From Lingula anatina (taxonomy: Eukaryota; Animalia; Brachiopoda), in NCBI GenBank assembly GCA_051362555.1, contig CM120642.1, forward strand, positions 23,870,001 through 23,934,000: a DNA stretch of 64,000 bases, in the 5' to 3' direction. Under the pieces are notes generated by a model. That model worked only from the letters and a program-made list of their open reading frames with translations. It searched no databases and was not told the origin of the DNA. Positions 63,411-64,000 of this stretch are shown in pieces. The stretch's first letter is position 1. Every line of letters starts with the position of its first letter. Both the position numbers and the translations under genes were made by a program.

Positions 63411-64000
63411 GACTGCATTCCCAGAGATTTAGATCGATCCATCTGGATCGACCTAACTCCCTGGGGGTTCACGCTAAATTGCTATCAGCCGAGTGGGCAC
63501 CATAGTTAATTACCCCCTTACAGCTTTTAGAAGGCGGGACAGACATTTAAGCCTGTTAAGCTGACACCAATCTAGCGAGACTCCCCAGGGGGATAGATCG
63601 ATCTAAATATCTATGGGAATGGGGTCTCAGGCTGTATTCCCAGAGATTTTAGATCGATCTATCCCCACGGGGAGTCTCACTAGATTACTGTCAGATAATC
63701 CGGCTTAAATGTCCGTCCCGCCTATTACAAGCTGTAAGGGGGTAATTAACTTTCGTGTCCGCCCGGCTGACAGCTATTTAGCGTGAACCCCCAGGGAGTT
63801 AGGTCGATCTTAAGTAGATTGATCTAATCTTTGGAAATGGGGTCTAAGACTGACAGCTATTTAGAGTTGGGTCGATCTAAAGTAGATCGATCTAATCTCT
63901 GGAAATGGGGTCTAAGACTGACAGCTATTTAGCGTGAACCCCCAGGGAATTAGGTCGATCCCATTTCCAGACATTATATCGATCTACTTTAGATCGACCT
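63411..64000. mobile_element. Cluster of MITE family A copies and fragments
   Basis: Full copies at 63411-63626 and 63630-63844, then partial repeats at 63848-63912 and 63916-64000; separated by TCA/TAA triplets. Confidence 0.88.

Noticed and set aside
1-64000. tRNA, rRNA, snRNA or snoRNA genes
   Set aside because: None recognisable by eye; a covariance-model scan (tRNAscan-SE/Infernal) would be needed to exclude small intronic ncRNAs.

Overview
AT-rich, intron-rich animal genomic DNA (invertebrate; lophotrochozoan/mollusc-like by repeat content, which is inference). Two spliced protein-coding genes sit head-to-head, with start codons only ~300 bp apart. (1) Minus strand, 24986->4790: a DAXX orthologue in 9 coding exons, ~2,230 aa by my exon assembly. 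It has the N-terminal SIM, helical bundle, H3.3-binding domain, acidic tract and C-terminal IVLSD SIM, plus a 5.1-kb terminal coding exon. (2) Plus strand, 25289->59856: an FNBP1/FNBP1L/TRIP10 (CIP4/Toca-1 family; F-BAR-HR1-SH3) gene in 14 core exons, 568 aa. It has a 19-kb first intron and two candidate 15-nt in-frame microexons. Introns and flanks hold many DNA-transposon derivatives: two Helentron/HINE-type elements carrying 159-bp and ~146-bp satellites, a TTAA piggyBac-type element, a decayed hAT transposase, an Academ-like relic, a Harbinger/Tourist-type MITE family and two MITE families with 5-bp TSDs. Most other short ORFs in the track are noise. I see no prokaryote-style novel system. 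The best leads are the DAXX-FNBP1 linkage (possible proto-MHC relic), the giant DAXX tail, the microexons, and a MITE whose core is inverted relative to its termini. All coordinates were read by eye and no database searches were run.
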